Assembly: GCA_963845755.1 (NCBI GenBank)
Contig: CAWJTV010000011.1
Span: 992,001 to 1,056,000 of the forward strand
Source of the DNA: an uncultured Planctomycetota bacterium
GTDB taxonomy: Bacteria; Planctomycetota; Planctomycetia; Isosphaerales; Isosphaeraceae
DNA length: 64,000 bases
Direction of reading: 5' to 3'
Position 1 is the first letter of the stretch. Every line of letters starts with the position of its first letter. This document shows positions 12,736-21,618 of the stretch, in pieces. The position numbers and the translations under genes are program-made. The notes beneath the pieces are model-generated. The model made no database searches. It saw only the letters and a program-made list of their open reading frames with translations, and had not been told where the DNA came from.

Positions 12736-12789
12736 TCCGGCGGCCCACACCGGGTCCTCGAGGGGGCGACGAAATGACCGGAGATCACC

Positions 12790-12828
12790 AGCCGGAGGCA
12801 CGGCCAAGACTGGCCCGTGTCTCCGGCT
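12790..12828 (+). terminator. GC-rich stem-loop after the sigma gene
   Basis: AGCCGGAGGCACGG...CCGTGTCTCCGGCT; no U-tract. Confidence 0.35.
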
Positions 12829-12980
12829 CGCGTTGGGATCCGATGGCCCCCGCACTCCCGGGCCTTTAGCCACGTCGTCGGGGATGTCGGGGATCGACGG
12901 CGGTCACGGCCTGTCGATCCGCATGATCCCTCTCAAACCGCATGGGGGTTCCGCAACGGGTCTCGAAGAGGGGAGAGACC

Positions 12981-13006
12981 AATCCAGGACGGACGGGCCG
13001 GTGTAT
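12981..13006 (+). promoter_or_regulatory. Candidate ECF promoter AATCC-N14-GGTGTAT
   Basis: AATCCaggacggacgggccGGTGTAT upstream of the small ORF at 13156. Confidence 0.7.
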
Positions 13007-13155
13007 TCACTACCGGAGAGGCGAGATCATCATCGGGGGCCATTCTCTCCCGGGCGGCCAGGGATGCCCGCCCGGCCCCTCACCTCGCTGGCGAGCGAGG
13101 GACTTCAAGATCGAAGGCGACACCAAGGTCCCACAACCCATCAGGAACATCGACC

Positions 13156-13398
13156 ATGAGCTTCGATCCTCACTCGCGTCGCTTCAGCCCGCACTGGATG
13201 TTGCCGGCAATCGAGACGGACGGGGAGGAGACGTCCGAGGCGCCGGACGCGTCTCCCTTCGTCTGGGACGAGGAGTCGCCGAACGCCCCCGCCGAGCAGG
13301 TTCTTGATGACGCACTCGAGCAGATCGCGTCGGAAGCGTGCCGTGTGTGTCCTCTCTGCGGGGCGATCGTGGCGAGAGATGGAACCGTGGTGAGCTGA
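13156..13398 (+). CDS. Small acidic hypothetical protein (80 aa) with a C-x2-C-x2-C motif
   Basis: AGGA RBS-like site, GC3-rich codons, ACRVCPLCG near the C-terminus; preceded by the shared promoter motif. Confidence 0.55.
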   Translation: MSFDPHSRRFSPHWMLPAIETDGEETSEAPDASPFVWDEESPNAPAEQVLDDALEQIASEACRVCPLCGAIVARDGTVVS

Positions 13399-13499
13399 GA
13401 ACCATCCAGCGCGATCTCCCCTTAGAGCGCGTAACGATTGGGTTGCGCACGCCCTTGGGTCGATGCGAATTCACCCCCCTGGATCCCCCCTTCGCAAGG

Positions 13500-15080
13500 C
13501 AGTGAGTTCAGGGTTTTCCTCTGGCTCTAGGGGGCCCCGTCTTTTGCTCATGTGCTTGCTGGAGAACCCGGTAGGTCAACGTATGGTTGCCGAGCACACG
13601 CTTCTTGACTTTCTGATGACCGCCACGGCCGGAGCTGGGCGCTTTCCACCAACGGTCGCTCCAGGCGCCGCGCAACCGCTCCCGCAAGTACGTGCGCACC
13701 TCACTCGCCGTCGGCACGGCGCCCAGCAACGACAGCAACGTCTTGACCTCAACCAACTCGCTGACCGACACCATTTGCCGCTCCACGTCACCGAAGAGCT
13801 TCTCGTTGGAGATCGCCTTGGCCTCACACTCTTGATGCGATGCCAGGTGCGTCCGCACGACTTGCAGGGCGTTGTACGGCAGCAGGCAGAACGACAACTG
13901 GAACAGGACCGCCTTCGGCTGCGTGCCGATGAGGTGCTTCAGCGAGAACACGTCGGTGATCTGCTGGAAGACCGTCTCCAAACTCCAGCGACTGTGATAC
14001 GTCGTGAGCATCGCCTCGGCGGAATACGTCGCCTCGTCCAACAGGTCGGTGATCACGCCCAACTCCTTGCCGTCGGCCAGATGCTTGGTGATCCGGCGCA
14101 CGTACACGCGGTCGGCCTTGGCGACCTTGCCCAGCCAGCCCCACTCCTGCACGATCCGGCGCCCGTCGGCGTCGCGGAGCTCCTGCGCCGGCCGGGACGC
14201 ATCGGCAACGAACGTCGTGTTGCTGCAGTAGCGGATCAGGAAATGGCCGCCGGCCTTCAACACCTCCCGGGGAAAACTCAGGTTGCAGTAGAGTCGGTCC
14301 AGGACCACCAACCACAACTTCTCCCCGCGCCAACTCCGCCAACTTCGGCAGCAGGCCCTCGGTGAGAGCCGCTTCACCGGCTTCGCCGTCGAGGTGGCCC
14401 ACCATCGCGACGGCCAGGCCCGTCCGCAGGTCCAAGCCCACCGACGCCCGCGCACCGAGGATCCCCGCCTGCAAGCCGCGCAACGGCTTGAGGAGCCGGC
14501 GAACGTGCTTGATCGCCTTGCCGTCGGCCCCGAAGACTTCGAACCCGGCCCAACACGCCGGCAACGGCTCCACGGCCAGGGTCTCAGGCAGGACCGCGTT
14601 GAGCCGCTGGGTGCCTTCGGCGAGCAGGGCCTCGCTGAGGGGCAGGGGCAGGTTCCCCAACTTGTCATAGGACGAGGTGATCGAGACCGGCAGCGTGCCC
14701 TGTTCCTGGGCCCGCGTGAAGGCCTGGTAGCCACTCCCCTCGTGCTCGATCAAGGCATCGGTGATCAGATGGGCCAGCGTGCGGAACTTCAACTGCTTCT
14801 CGAAGCAGGGCCCGCGATTTCGCGCCCAGAGATCATCCAGCCACGAATCCGCCATCGCGTAGTGCAGCAACCGCCACACCGAGTCGGCCAGAGGAAGCCG
14901 ACTCAGCACCTCGGCGGCAAACGGGGTGTCGTTGAGGACCGAAGGACTCCGGACGGCTGCGGAAAAGACGGCGACCTCCATAACCGAAGGACTCCTGAGA
15001 GGACCGAAGGTGCAATCCGATGGGTATTTATGATACGGACCTCGGATCCGCGGTGGAACGCCAAGACCCTGAACTCACTG
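13500..15080 (-). mobile_element. IS4-family insertion sequence (1581 bp)
   Basis: Perfect 15-bp terminal inverted repeats CAGTGAGTTCAGGGT; 11-bp direct repeat CCTTCGCAAGG at 13489-13499 and 15081-15091. Confidence 0.93.
13508..14981 (-). CDS. IS4-family DDE transposase, frameshift near 14320-14335
   Basis: FGADGK (D1), VVLDRLY (D2), YHSRWSLETVF (YREK-like E motif), split between ORFs 13824..14981 and 13508..14734. Confidence 0.9.
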
Positions 15081-15333
15081 CCTTCGCAAGGGGGGAGGAT
15101 TGAGACGGAGCGACCCGTTTCCTCTCCCCCCTTACGAAGGGGGGATCCAGGGGGTTCTTCGGGAGTGAGCGTCGAGTGTATGCAACACAACCGTGAAGCG
15201 CTCTAGCTTGGACCGTGCCACACCCCTCGCATACAGCATCGGGAATGAGCTACGGACCATTGGCCGCCCGATAAGGCCTATCCCTAGTCAACGCGGCCTC
15301 CCTCCCCGCCCTCGCGAATTCCCCCTCCGAAGT

Positions 15334-15359
15334 CATCCGATCAGGCCATCCCGGTGTAT
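15334..15359 (+). promoter_or_regulatory. Candidate ECF promoter CATCC-N14-GGTGTAT
   Basis: CATCCgatcaggccatcccGGTGTAT about 80 bp upstream of the phosphoesterase start. Confidence 0.7.
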
Positions 15360-15439
15360 CCCATGCGAGGGGTCGAAACCCCTCACGGTGGCGTGGCCGG
15401 GTCGAAATCCGCGCCGAGATGGGCCGAAGGAGGACGTCA

Positions 15440-16396
15440 ATGATGGCCAATCAAGTCAATAGTGATCATGAGGGCGATGGCGTGGATCGTCGCGGGTTCT
15501 TGAAGTGCATGGCCTGGGCCGGCACCGGGCTCGTCTGGTCGGTCGGCGGTGGGGTCCTTTCATCGCGGGCTTTCGGCCAGGACGCCGGGCGGGCGGGGGC
15601 GGGCAGCTTCTCCTTCGTCCAGATCAGCGACAGCCACATCGGGTTCGGCAAGGACCCCTACAAGAAGACCGTGAAAGCCACGCTCCAGGAGGCCGTGGCC
15701 AGGATCAATGCGCTTCCGCAACGACCCGACTTCCTGATCCACACCGGCGACCTCACCCACCTGTCGACCCCCGAGGAGTTCGACACCGTCGCCGAGATCC
15801 TCAAGGGGGTCAAGGCCGGCAAGATCTTCTACGTGCCCGGCGAGCACGATGTCATCGGCGACGGGTCGGAATACCTCAAGCGGTTCGGCGAGGGGACCAG
15901 GGGTGAGGGCTGGTATAGCTTCGGCCACCGAGGGGTCCACTTCATCGGCCTGGTCAACGTCGCCGGCCAGGGCACCGACAAGGGGCTGGGCGTCCTCGGC
16001 GACGAGCAGCTCGACTGGCTCAAGGCCGACGTGGCGGGGCTCGCCGCGAGCACGCCGATCGTCGTGTTCGGCCACGTCCCGCTGTGGGCGGTGTACCCGC
16101 AGTGGGGCTGGGGTACGCAGGACGGCGAGCGGGCGCTGGGCTGCCTCAAGCAGTTCGGTTCGGTCACCGTGCTCAACGGCCACATCCACCAGATCGCCCA
16201 GAAGGTCGAAGGGAACATGACTTTCCACACGGCTCGCTCGACCGGGTTCCCCCAGCCGGCGCCCGGCCAGGCGCCCGCCCCGGGCCCATTGAAGAACGTC
16301 CCCGCCGAGAAGCTGCGTACGATGCTCGGACTGACGAGCGTGAATTATATCACGGGTCGCGGGCCGCTGGCCGTGGTCGACGAGGCGCTCCAGTGA
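15440..16396 (+). CDS. Tat-exported metallophosphoesterase (CpdA/Icc-like)
   Basis: DRRGFLK Tat motif; SDSH, TGDL, PGEHD, HVP, GHIH motifs; RBS AAGGAGG. Confidence 0.92.
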   Translation: MMANQVNSDHEGDGVDRRGFLKCMAWAGTGLVWSVGGGVLSSRAFGQDAGRAGAGSFSFVQISDSHIGFGKDPYKKTVKATLQEAVARINALPQRPDFLIHTGDLTHLSTPEEFDTVAEILKGVKAGKIFYVPGEHDVIGDGSEYLKRFGEGTRGEGWYSFGHRGVHFIGLVNVAGQGTDKGLGVLGDEQLDWLKADVAGLAASTPIVVFGHVPLWAVYPQWGWGTQDGERALGCLKQFGSVTVLNGHIHQIAQKVEGNMTFHTARSTGFPQPAPGQAPAPGPLKNVPAEKLRTMLGLTSVNYITGRGPLAVVDEALQ

Positions 16397-16934
16397 GCCG
16401 CTACGAGGCGCCCAGCCAACCGTCATCCGGCGAGGGACGGTGGTCCCTCGTCGGCCTCGAACTCCCCGAGAATAACAGTCGGAGGATGGACCGATGATGA
16501 AGACATTCGAAGAGCTCCCGTGAGATCTCAGGCGCCGGGTAGACGCGGTCAGGGATCGTTTCGCGGCGACCTCGCAGGCCGGCGCGGCGCCGCAATTCGA
16601 TCTCTAATTGGAATTGGTGCCGGCCCCGGTGCTTCTCATGCTGATGAGCGAACTGCTGGTCTTCGCAGGCCCGACCGGTGACTCGACTCGTAACGGGAGA
16701 CGACTAGCGCGTCCGCGGCTCGCCGCTCCTCCTGGCGAATCGCACTTGCAAGCAGCCTGTGGCCGTGCAGTCAACCCGGAGGCGCACCATGATGTCGCCG
16801 CTTCCGAAGACCCGTATCTGGCCTCGCTCTACAGGGGGCCGGTCGCACGCAGACGACTCCCTTCAATCTGGCGCAGGCGCTCTTCGGTCGGATCGACCGA
16901 AGGACCTGAGAAGGATTTCTGCGGCTCGATGCGT

Positions 16935-16972
16935 TTCTGCACGCTTGTCACCCTCGACCCGTGAACGGTTAC
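16935..16972 (-). repeat. IS66-like terminal inverted repeat (right copy)
   Basis: Reverse complement GTAACCGTTCACGGGTCGAGGGTGACAAGCGTGCAGAA matches 4398-4435. Confidence 0.6.
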
Positions 16973-16998
16973 GTCCCCGGACAAACGTACCATTGTCA

Positions 16999-17195
16999 GA
17001 GTCTGTAGCAACGAGACCGGGTGATAGGAACTCGTTCCCACGCTCCTGCGTGGGAATGCCGTCTTGGCCGCTCTGCGGCCCCGGCGACGCGGAGCGTCGC
17101 ACCCGGACGTTCCCACGCAGAGCATGGGAACGAGGATCCCGATGGTGTGAGGACGAGGCCTTCCTTCCTGAGCCCGGTTCCGTTGCTACAGTCTC
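16999..17195. mobile_element. MITE (197 bp) with IS256/ISKra4-like termini, 8-bp target duplication and an internal REP doublet
   Basis: TIRs GAGTCTGTAGCAACGAGACCGGG / GAGACTGTAGCAACGGAACCGGG (20/23); CATTGTCA duplicated at 16991-16998 and 17196-17203; internal CTCGTTCCCACGCTCCTGCGTGGGAAT...GACGCGGAGCGTC...GTTCCCACGCAGAGCATGGGAACGAG. Confidence 0.88.
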
Positions 17196-17367
17196 CATTG
17201 TCACCGAGTTTTCCTTCACGGATTTCGGCGTTGATTGGTTGGTTGCGGCTCGGCGCCTGTGAGCACCCGTTTCCGTGTCCGCCCGCTCCGGTGCTCGCAG
17301 AGCACCCTACTTGCGCTTTTCCTTCTCGCGTGGACCGATTGAGAACGGCGGGACTCGGTTCGACTTT

Positions 17368-18409
17368 CTACTTCTCGGTAGGCAGGAGACCTGCGGTCAT
17401 CTCGCGGAGGCGTACCGTGCCGTCAGCATCTCCCGTGGCAAGCCGACTCCCATCCGGTGAGATTGCCAACGAAGCGACCAGGCCAGGTTGCTGCTGCCAG
17501 GTCGATTCGCGGTGGACCTTCATGGCGTCCCAGGTCTGGATGAGTCCACCCTGAGCCGCCGTCACGAGCTTTCGGCCATCGTTTATGAACGAAACCGATA
17601 TGATCATACGATCAACGTGGTTCACGATCCGCGCGCGGAAGGCCCGTGCCGACATCCCACAGTCCAATTGTCCCATCGGTGCTCCCCGTCGCCAGGGTCT
17701 GGCCATCGGGTGAGAAGGCCATTGTGGGGATGGGTAAGTTGTGCCCGGTTAGCCTCATACGCAGTTGCCACGAGGGATCTGCCCGCTCCCAGAGCAAGAC
17801 CAGGCCCTCGGCGCTCGCCGTTGCCAGGATTTTCCCAAGCGGAGAAAAAGCCACCGCGTTGATCGTCCGATCGTGTCCGTGGAGGACACAACGTACGCGC
17901 GCCTTGACAAGGTCCCGGATCCGGATCGTTTGATCGAAGCTGCCCGTCACGAGACTGCCACCATCGGGGGAGAACGCCACCGCCGTGACCGTCGCCGTGT
18001 GTGACGGAAAGGTCATCGATTCCGCGTCGGCGGCCACGTCCGAGAGCGTGATCGAGCCATCAATATTGCCGACCGCGAGACGCGACCCGTCCGGCGAGAA
18101 TGCGAGACAATACGCGCCGTCGCCATGTCGCGGAAACGTGTGCTGAATCCGGCCGTCATCCGCGTCCCAGAGGATCATCGACCCATCGCCGCCCACCGAG
18201 CCCAGGAGCCGGCCGTTGCTCGAGAACACCACCGACCTGACGCGCTCCGGATGCCTTCCGATCACGTTCCGCGTTGATGGATCGGAATCTTCCCCGGAGT
18301 CCCGGAGCACAACCCACAGTCCCGCGCTCATCGCCAGAATCAGGATCACGGCCCACCGACTGGTCATCGCCGAGGCCCTCGTCTCACCCTCCTGCACTCT
18401 CTCGTTCAT
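17368..18409 (-). CDS. Membrane-anchored WD40 repeat protein; frameshift near 17630-17645
   Basis: N-terminal TM helix, seven repeats of the AFSPDG..LA.G..DG.I.LWD type across ORFs 17612..18409 and 17368..17706. Confidence 0.9.
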
Positions 18410-18501
18410 GAGATTAACTCCGTGCTAAGGGCCCGATTGCAACGTTGCCATTCACGTCATCAAGACCTTCCAAGAGTCCAAAACCTTGTCAGCCAACGAC
18501 A

Positions 18502-18530
18502 ATTGTAAAACTAACTACTACGTTTGTCAA
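18502..18530 (-). promoter_or_regulatory. Near-consensus sigma-70 promoter for the WD40 gene
   Basis: Minus strand reads TTGACA-17 nt-TACAAT in an AT-rich patch about 90 bp upstream of ATG 18409. Confidence 0.75.
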
Positions 18531-18655
18531 TGGTACGACGACGGATCGGGCCGTCGCTGCTATCTGGGAACCACTGGATCGGCCGAGATTACCGGCTATG
18601 ATCGTAGAGAGTTCGGAATGGGCCCTTGTCGAATTCGCCCCAGAGGAATCAAAAC

Positions 18656-19981
18656 ATGAACTATTTTCGACTCATTGCGCTCGGTCTGCTCGTGATTCTG
18701 AGCCTGCCCGGTTCCGTTCCGCTCCGGGCCGACGACGACTTCCGGCCGCTGTTCAATGGCAAGGACCTGACCGGTTGGGTGCCGGTCAACGTGGCGCCGG
18801 AGACGTTCACGGTCCGCGACGGGATGATCGTCTCGACGGGCAAGCCGACGGGCGTGCTGCGGACGGACCGCCAGTACGAGAACTTCGTCATCGAGCTGGA
18901 GTGGCGCCACCTTCAGCCGGGCGGCAATGCCGGGCTGTTTGTCTGGAGCGACGCGCTGCCGGCCGTCGGGGTGCCGTTCACGCGCTCGTTCGAGGTGCAG
19001 ATCCTCGACGGGCAGGATGGGCCCAACTACACCAGCCACGGCGACGTCTTCGGCATCTGGGGCGCGACGATGACGCCCGACCGGCCGCATCCGGCCGGCT
19101 GGATGCGCTGCCTGCCGAGTGAAAAGCGGGCGAAACCGTCTCCCGAGTGGAACCACTACCGCGTCATCTGCCAGGATGGCGCGATCAAGCTGGCGGTCAA
19201 CGGCAAGGAGGTCTCGGGCGCCGGTTTTTGCATGCCGCGCAAGGGGTACATCTGCCTGGAGGCGGAGGGCTCGGAATGCCACTTCCGCAACCTCCGCATC
19301 CAGGAGCGGCCCGCGAGTGGCGCGGGCCCGGCCGAGACCGCGGCGCATGATGAAGGCTTCATCTCGCTCTACTCGGGCCTCGACCTCCGCGGCTGGCGGT
19401 CCGACCCGGGCCACACCGGGCACTGGCGAGCGAAGGATTCGATCCTCGACTACGACGGCAAGAGCGCAGCCCGGGACAAGGACCTCTGGACCGAGAAGCA
19501 ATACGGCGACGTCATGCTGATCGCCGACTGGCGATTACCCGGCAAGCCGGCCCCGCGCCGGCGACCGGTCGTCCTATCCAATGGCGACGATGCCAAGAAC
19601 GTCGACGGCTCGGCCAAGACCCTGGAGATCCCCTATGCCGGCGATAGCGGCATCCTGCTCCGCGGCCAGGAGAAGGCCCAGGTCAATATCACCTGTAACA
19701 CGATCGGCTCGGGTGAGATGTATGGTTACCGGGTCAACAAGGCGATGCCCGCAGAGGTCCGCGCTGGCGCCATCCCCAAGGTCAAGGCCGACAGCCCGCT
19801 GGGAGAGTGGAACCGGTTCGTGATCACGATGAAGAAAGACCGCGTGACCGTGATCCTCAACGGTCAGACGGTGATCGACAACGTGCCGCTTCCCGGCCTC
19901 CCCGCCCGCGGCCCGCTCGGTCTCCAGCACCACGGCGACCCGGTGCAGTTCACGAACCTGTTCATCAAGGAATTGGAGTGA
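18656..19981 (+). CDS. Secreted tandem DUF1080 (3-keto-disaccharide hydrolase-like) protein
   Basis: Signal peptide; PLFNGKDLTGW, EWNHYRV, GYICLEAEG..FRNLRI; second domain GEWNRF, GLQHHGDPVQFTNLFIKEL. Confidence 0.9.
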   Translation: MNYFRLIALGLLVILSLPGSVPLRADDDFRPLFNGKDLTGWVPVNVAPETFTVRDGMIVSTGKPTGVLRTDRQYENFVIELEWRHLQPGGNAGLFVWSDALPAVGVPFTRSFEVQILDGQDGPNYTSHGDVFGIWGATMTPDRPHPAGWMRCLPSEKRAKPSPEWNHYRVICQDGAIKLAVNGKEVSGAGFCMPRKGYICLEAEGSECHFRNLRIQERPASGAGPAETAAHDEGFISLYSGLDLRGWRSDPGHTGHWRAKDSILDYDGKSAARDKDLWTEKQYGDVMLIADWRLPGKPAPRRRPVVLSNGDDAKNVDGSAKTLEIPYAGDSGILLRGQEKAQVNITCNTIGSGEMYGYRVNKAMPAEVRAGAIPKVKADSPLGEWNRFVITMKKDRVTVILNGQTVIDNVPLPGLPARGPLGLQHHGDPVQFTNLFIKELE

Positions 19982-20040
19982 AGCCGCATCGCCGGGGGTC
20001 GGCAATCCCGACTGCGCCCATGGCATCGTAGCCGAGCCGG

Positions 20041-20541
20041 TCACCCACCGGCGGACGTCCCTTGCTGGCGTTCTTCGAGGAGGGCTTGCAGCTCGGCGAT
20101 CGCCTCCAAATCTTTGGGACGACCCGCGGCACGCTTGAGCTGGATGAGTTTTTCCAGGGTCACGAATCGACAACGCACACCAAAGGTCTCCAGTTCCTGG
20201 GTGAAGGGTAGAAGCTCTTCGAAAAACCCGCCGCCGGCCACCTCTCCCAGCAAGTCCAGGTCGCCGAGGGTGGTGGTCAGGGTGAAATTCAGACCCGACT
20301 TCAGCGTGCGGTCGTCCCAGCGAAACGGCAGGCCGGGCGGGGCACCCCGGAGGTAGGGCTGATAGGGCTGGAGGGCCGTCGCCAGTCGAAGGAGGTTCTC
20401 GAGGTCGCGGGCGTAGACGACGTCCACGTCGTAGGTCAAGCGGGCCGCCCCATGAGCCAGCGCGGCGCCTCCGCCGATGACGATGAAGCGGACGTCATTC
20501 TGAACGAGAACCGGCAGGATCTCGCGGAAGTTGGGCCCCAT
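20041..20541 (-). CDS. Pol-beta superfamily nucleotidyltransferase (TA-associated type)
   Basis: FIVIGGGAALAHG..RLTYDVDV, LGDLDLL, LIQLKRAAGRPKD. Confidence 0.85.
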   Translation of the reverse strand: MGPNFREILPVLVQNDVRFIVIGGGAALAHGAARLTYDVDVVYARDLENLLRLATALQPYQPYLRGAPPGLPFRWDDRTLKSGLNFTLTTTLGDLDLLGEVAGGGFFEELLPFTQELETFGVRCRFVTLEKLIQLKRAAGRPKDLEAIAELQALLEERQQGTSAGG

Positions 20542-20785
20542 GTCCGGACTCCCTTTGCCGGCCCTTCCGGCCGGCTTCGCGCAACTCCTGGGCGAATTCC
20601 CAGAATCGCTCGAACTTGGCGAACCGCTCCTCCACCGTGAGCTTCAGATTCTCCCGCAGCAGCGTCCGATCCACATCCTTCTTGTACGCCTCGATGACCG
20701 GATCATAATCGTCGGCCGGCGCCGGCTCATGCGGCCGGGCGACCGCCTCGGTTCCTCGCGTCGGTTCGTCGAACTCGCCGCTCAT
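20495..20785 (-). CDS. Small helical protein overlapping the nucleotidyltransferase (putative antitoxin-like partner)
   Basis: DPVIEAYKKDVDRTLLRENLKLTVEER motif, a type commonly found upstream of such NTases. Confidence 0.7.
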   Translation of the reverse strand: MSGEFDEPTRGTEAVARPHEPAPADDYDPVIEAYKKDVDRTLLRENLKLTVEERFAKFERFWEFAQELREAGRKGRQRESGHGAQLPRDPAGSRSE

Positions 20786-20841
20786 TCCGTTCTCTCCCGG
20801 GTTGCAACCAGGTTACGCGAAGACCAGCGTAGGAGGTAGAG

Positions 20842-20883
20842 GTAGGGTGGGTCGAGCCGCGATTCCTCGCGGCGAGGCCCACC
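20842..20883 (+). repeat. GTAG-type REP-like palindrome
   Basis: GTAGGGTGGGTCGAGCCGCGA..TCGCGGCGAGGCCCACC. Confidence 0.55.
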
Positions 20884-20891
20884 GAAGGCGC

Positions 20892-21119
20892 TCAGGTCGC
20901 GCCGACGGCTTCGTACACTTTCCCGTGACTCTTCAGCCAATCGACATCACCGCGAAGCGCATGCTCTTCGACCTCGCGGAGCCGTTGCACGGTCTCCGCC
21001 TCGTAGCATGGTTCGCTCGGGTCATCCGGGGGGATGACCATCTCGACCTCGACCGCGACGACGAAGCGGTCGGTGTGGATCCACCGGACGCGGGAGATTC
21101 GCTTGCCTGGGATCCGCAT
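20892..21119 (-). CDS. Small hypothetical protein (antitoxin-like partner of DUF4258-type genes)
   Basis: 75 aa, VVAVEVEM..P..ETVQRLREVEEHALRGDVDWLKSHGKVYE; ATG 3 nt after the upstream stop. Confidence 0.65.
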   Translation of the reverse strand: MRIPGKRISRVRWIHTDRFVVAVEVEMVIPPDDPSEPCYEAETVQRLREVEEHALRGDVDWLKSHGKVYEAVGAT

Positions 21120-21122
21120 CGC

Positions 21123-21320
21123 TTAGTCCTCATCGAAGAAATGAACGGTCACGCGCTTCGCGACGCCGGCCTGCCGGAGATGCGACCAGACGGCCTGGAT
21201 TTCCGTTCCGTCCGCCAAGGATTCGCGAACCTCGACTACCGGGTCGGGCTTGGCGTCGCGTCGCTCGACGATCAATTCGCCATCGTCAAGGCCCGCGACG
21301 GCCTGCCATCCCTGACTTCT
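21123..21320 (-). pseudogene. DUF4258-like toxin, C-terminal portion only
   Basis: AGLDDGELIV...PDPVVEVRESLADGTEIQAVWSH...AKRVTVHF; no convincing N-terminus. Confidence 0.5.
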
Positions 21321-21618
21321 ACGGGATTGAGAATACCCGGGCGTGGACTCACCCGGCCACGAACGAGAGCCTGCTTCAAGATAGCAAAGACGCCCGTCGG
21401 TAGGAAGGTCGCGCGATCGGTCCGACCGCATAGGATCCTCGGGTACCCCGTCAACCAGCACCCATCGCCCGAGCTGTACGAGTCCACCGTCGAGTGGCCG
21501 ACCCGATTCGGGACCCATCGTGAGCTCGCTCCGACCCGTTTCCCGAGGCCGGCCGATCTGCTATGGTCGTCCTCGACACGATGGACAGCAACGGCCCCGC
21601 AAAGAAGGAGCACACGTC

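Larger units (their letters stand above)
13422..15206. mobile_element. CTAGAGCG-family MITE (193 bp when reconstructed) interrupted by an IS4 element
   Basis: Left TTAGAGCGCGTAACGATTGGGTTGCGCACG, right ...CAACCGTGAAGCGCTCTAG; same internal C-run/TTCGCAA/G-run palindromes as 2601-2794. Confidence 0.78.

Noticed and set aside
14300..14345. Programmed frameshift in the IS4 transposase
   Set aside because: IS4-family transposases are normally single ORFs and the window is full of similar indels; sequencing error or inactivation is more likely.
16608..16964. 118-aa ORF as an IS66 transposase remnant
   Set aside because: No recognisable TnpC motifs; only the terminal repeat is supportable.
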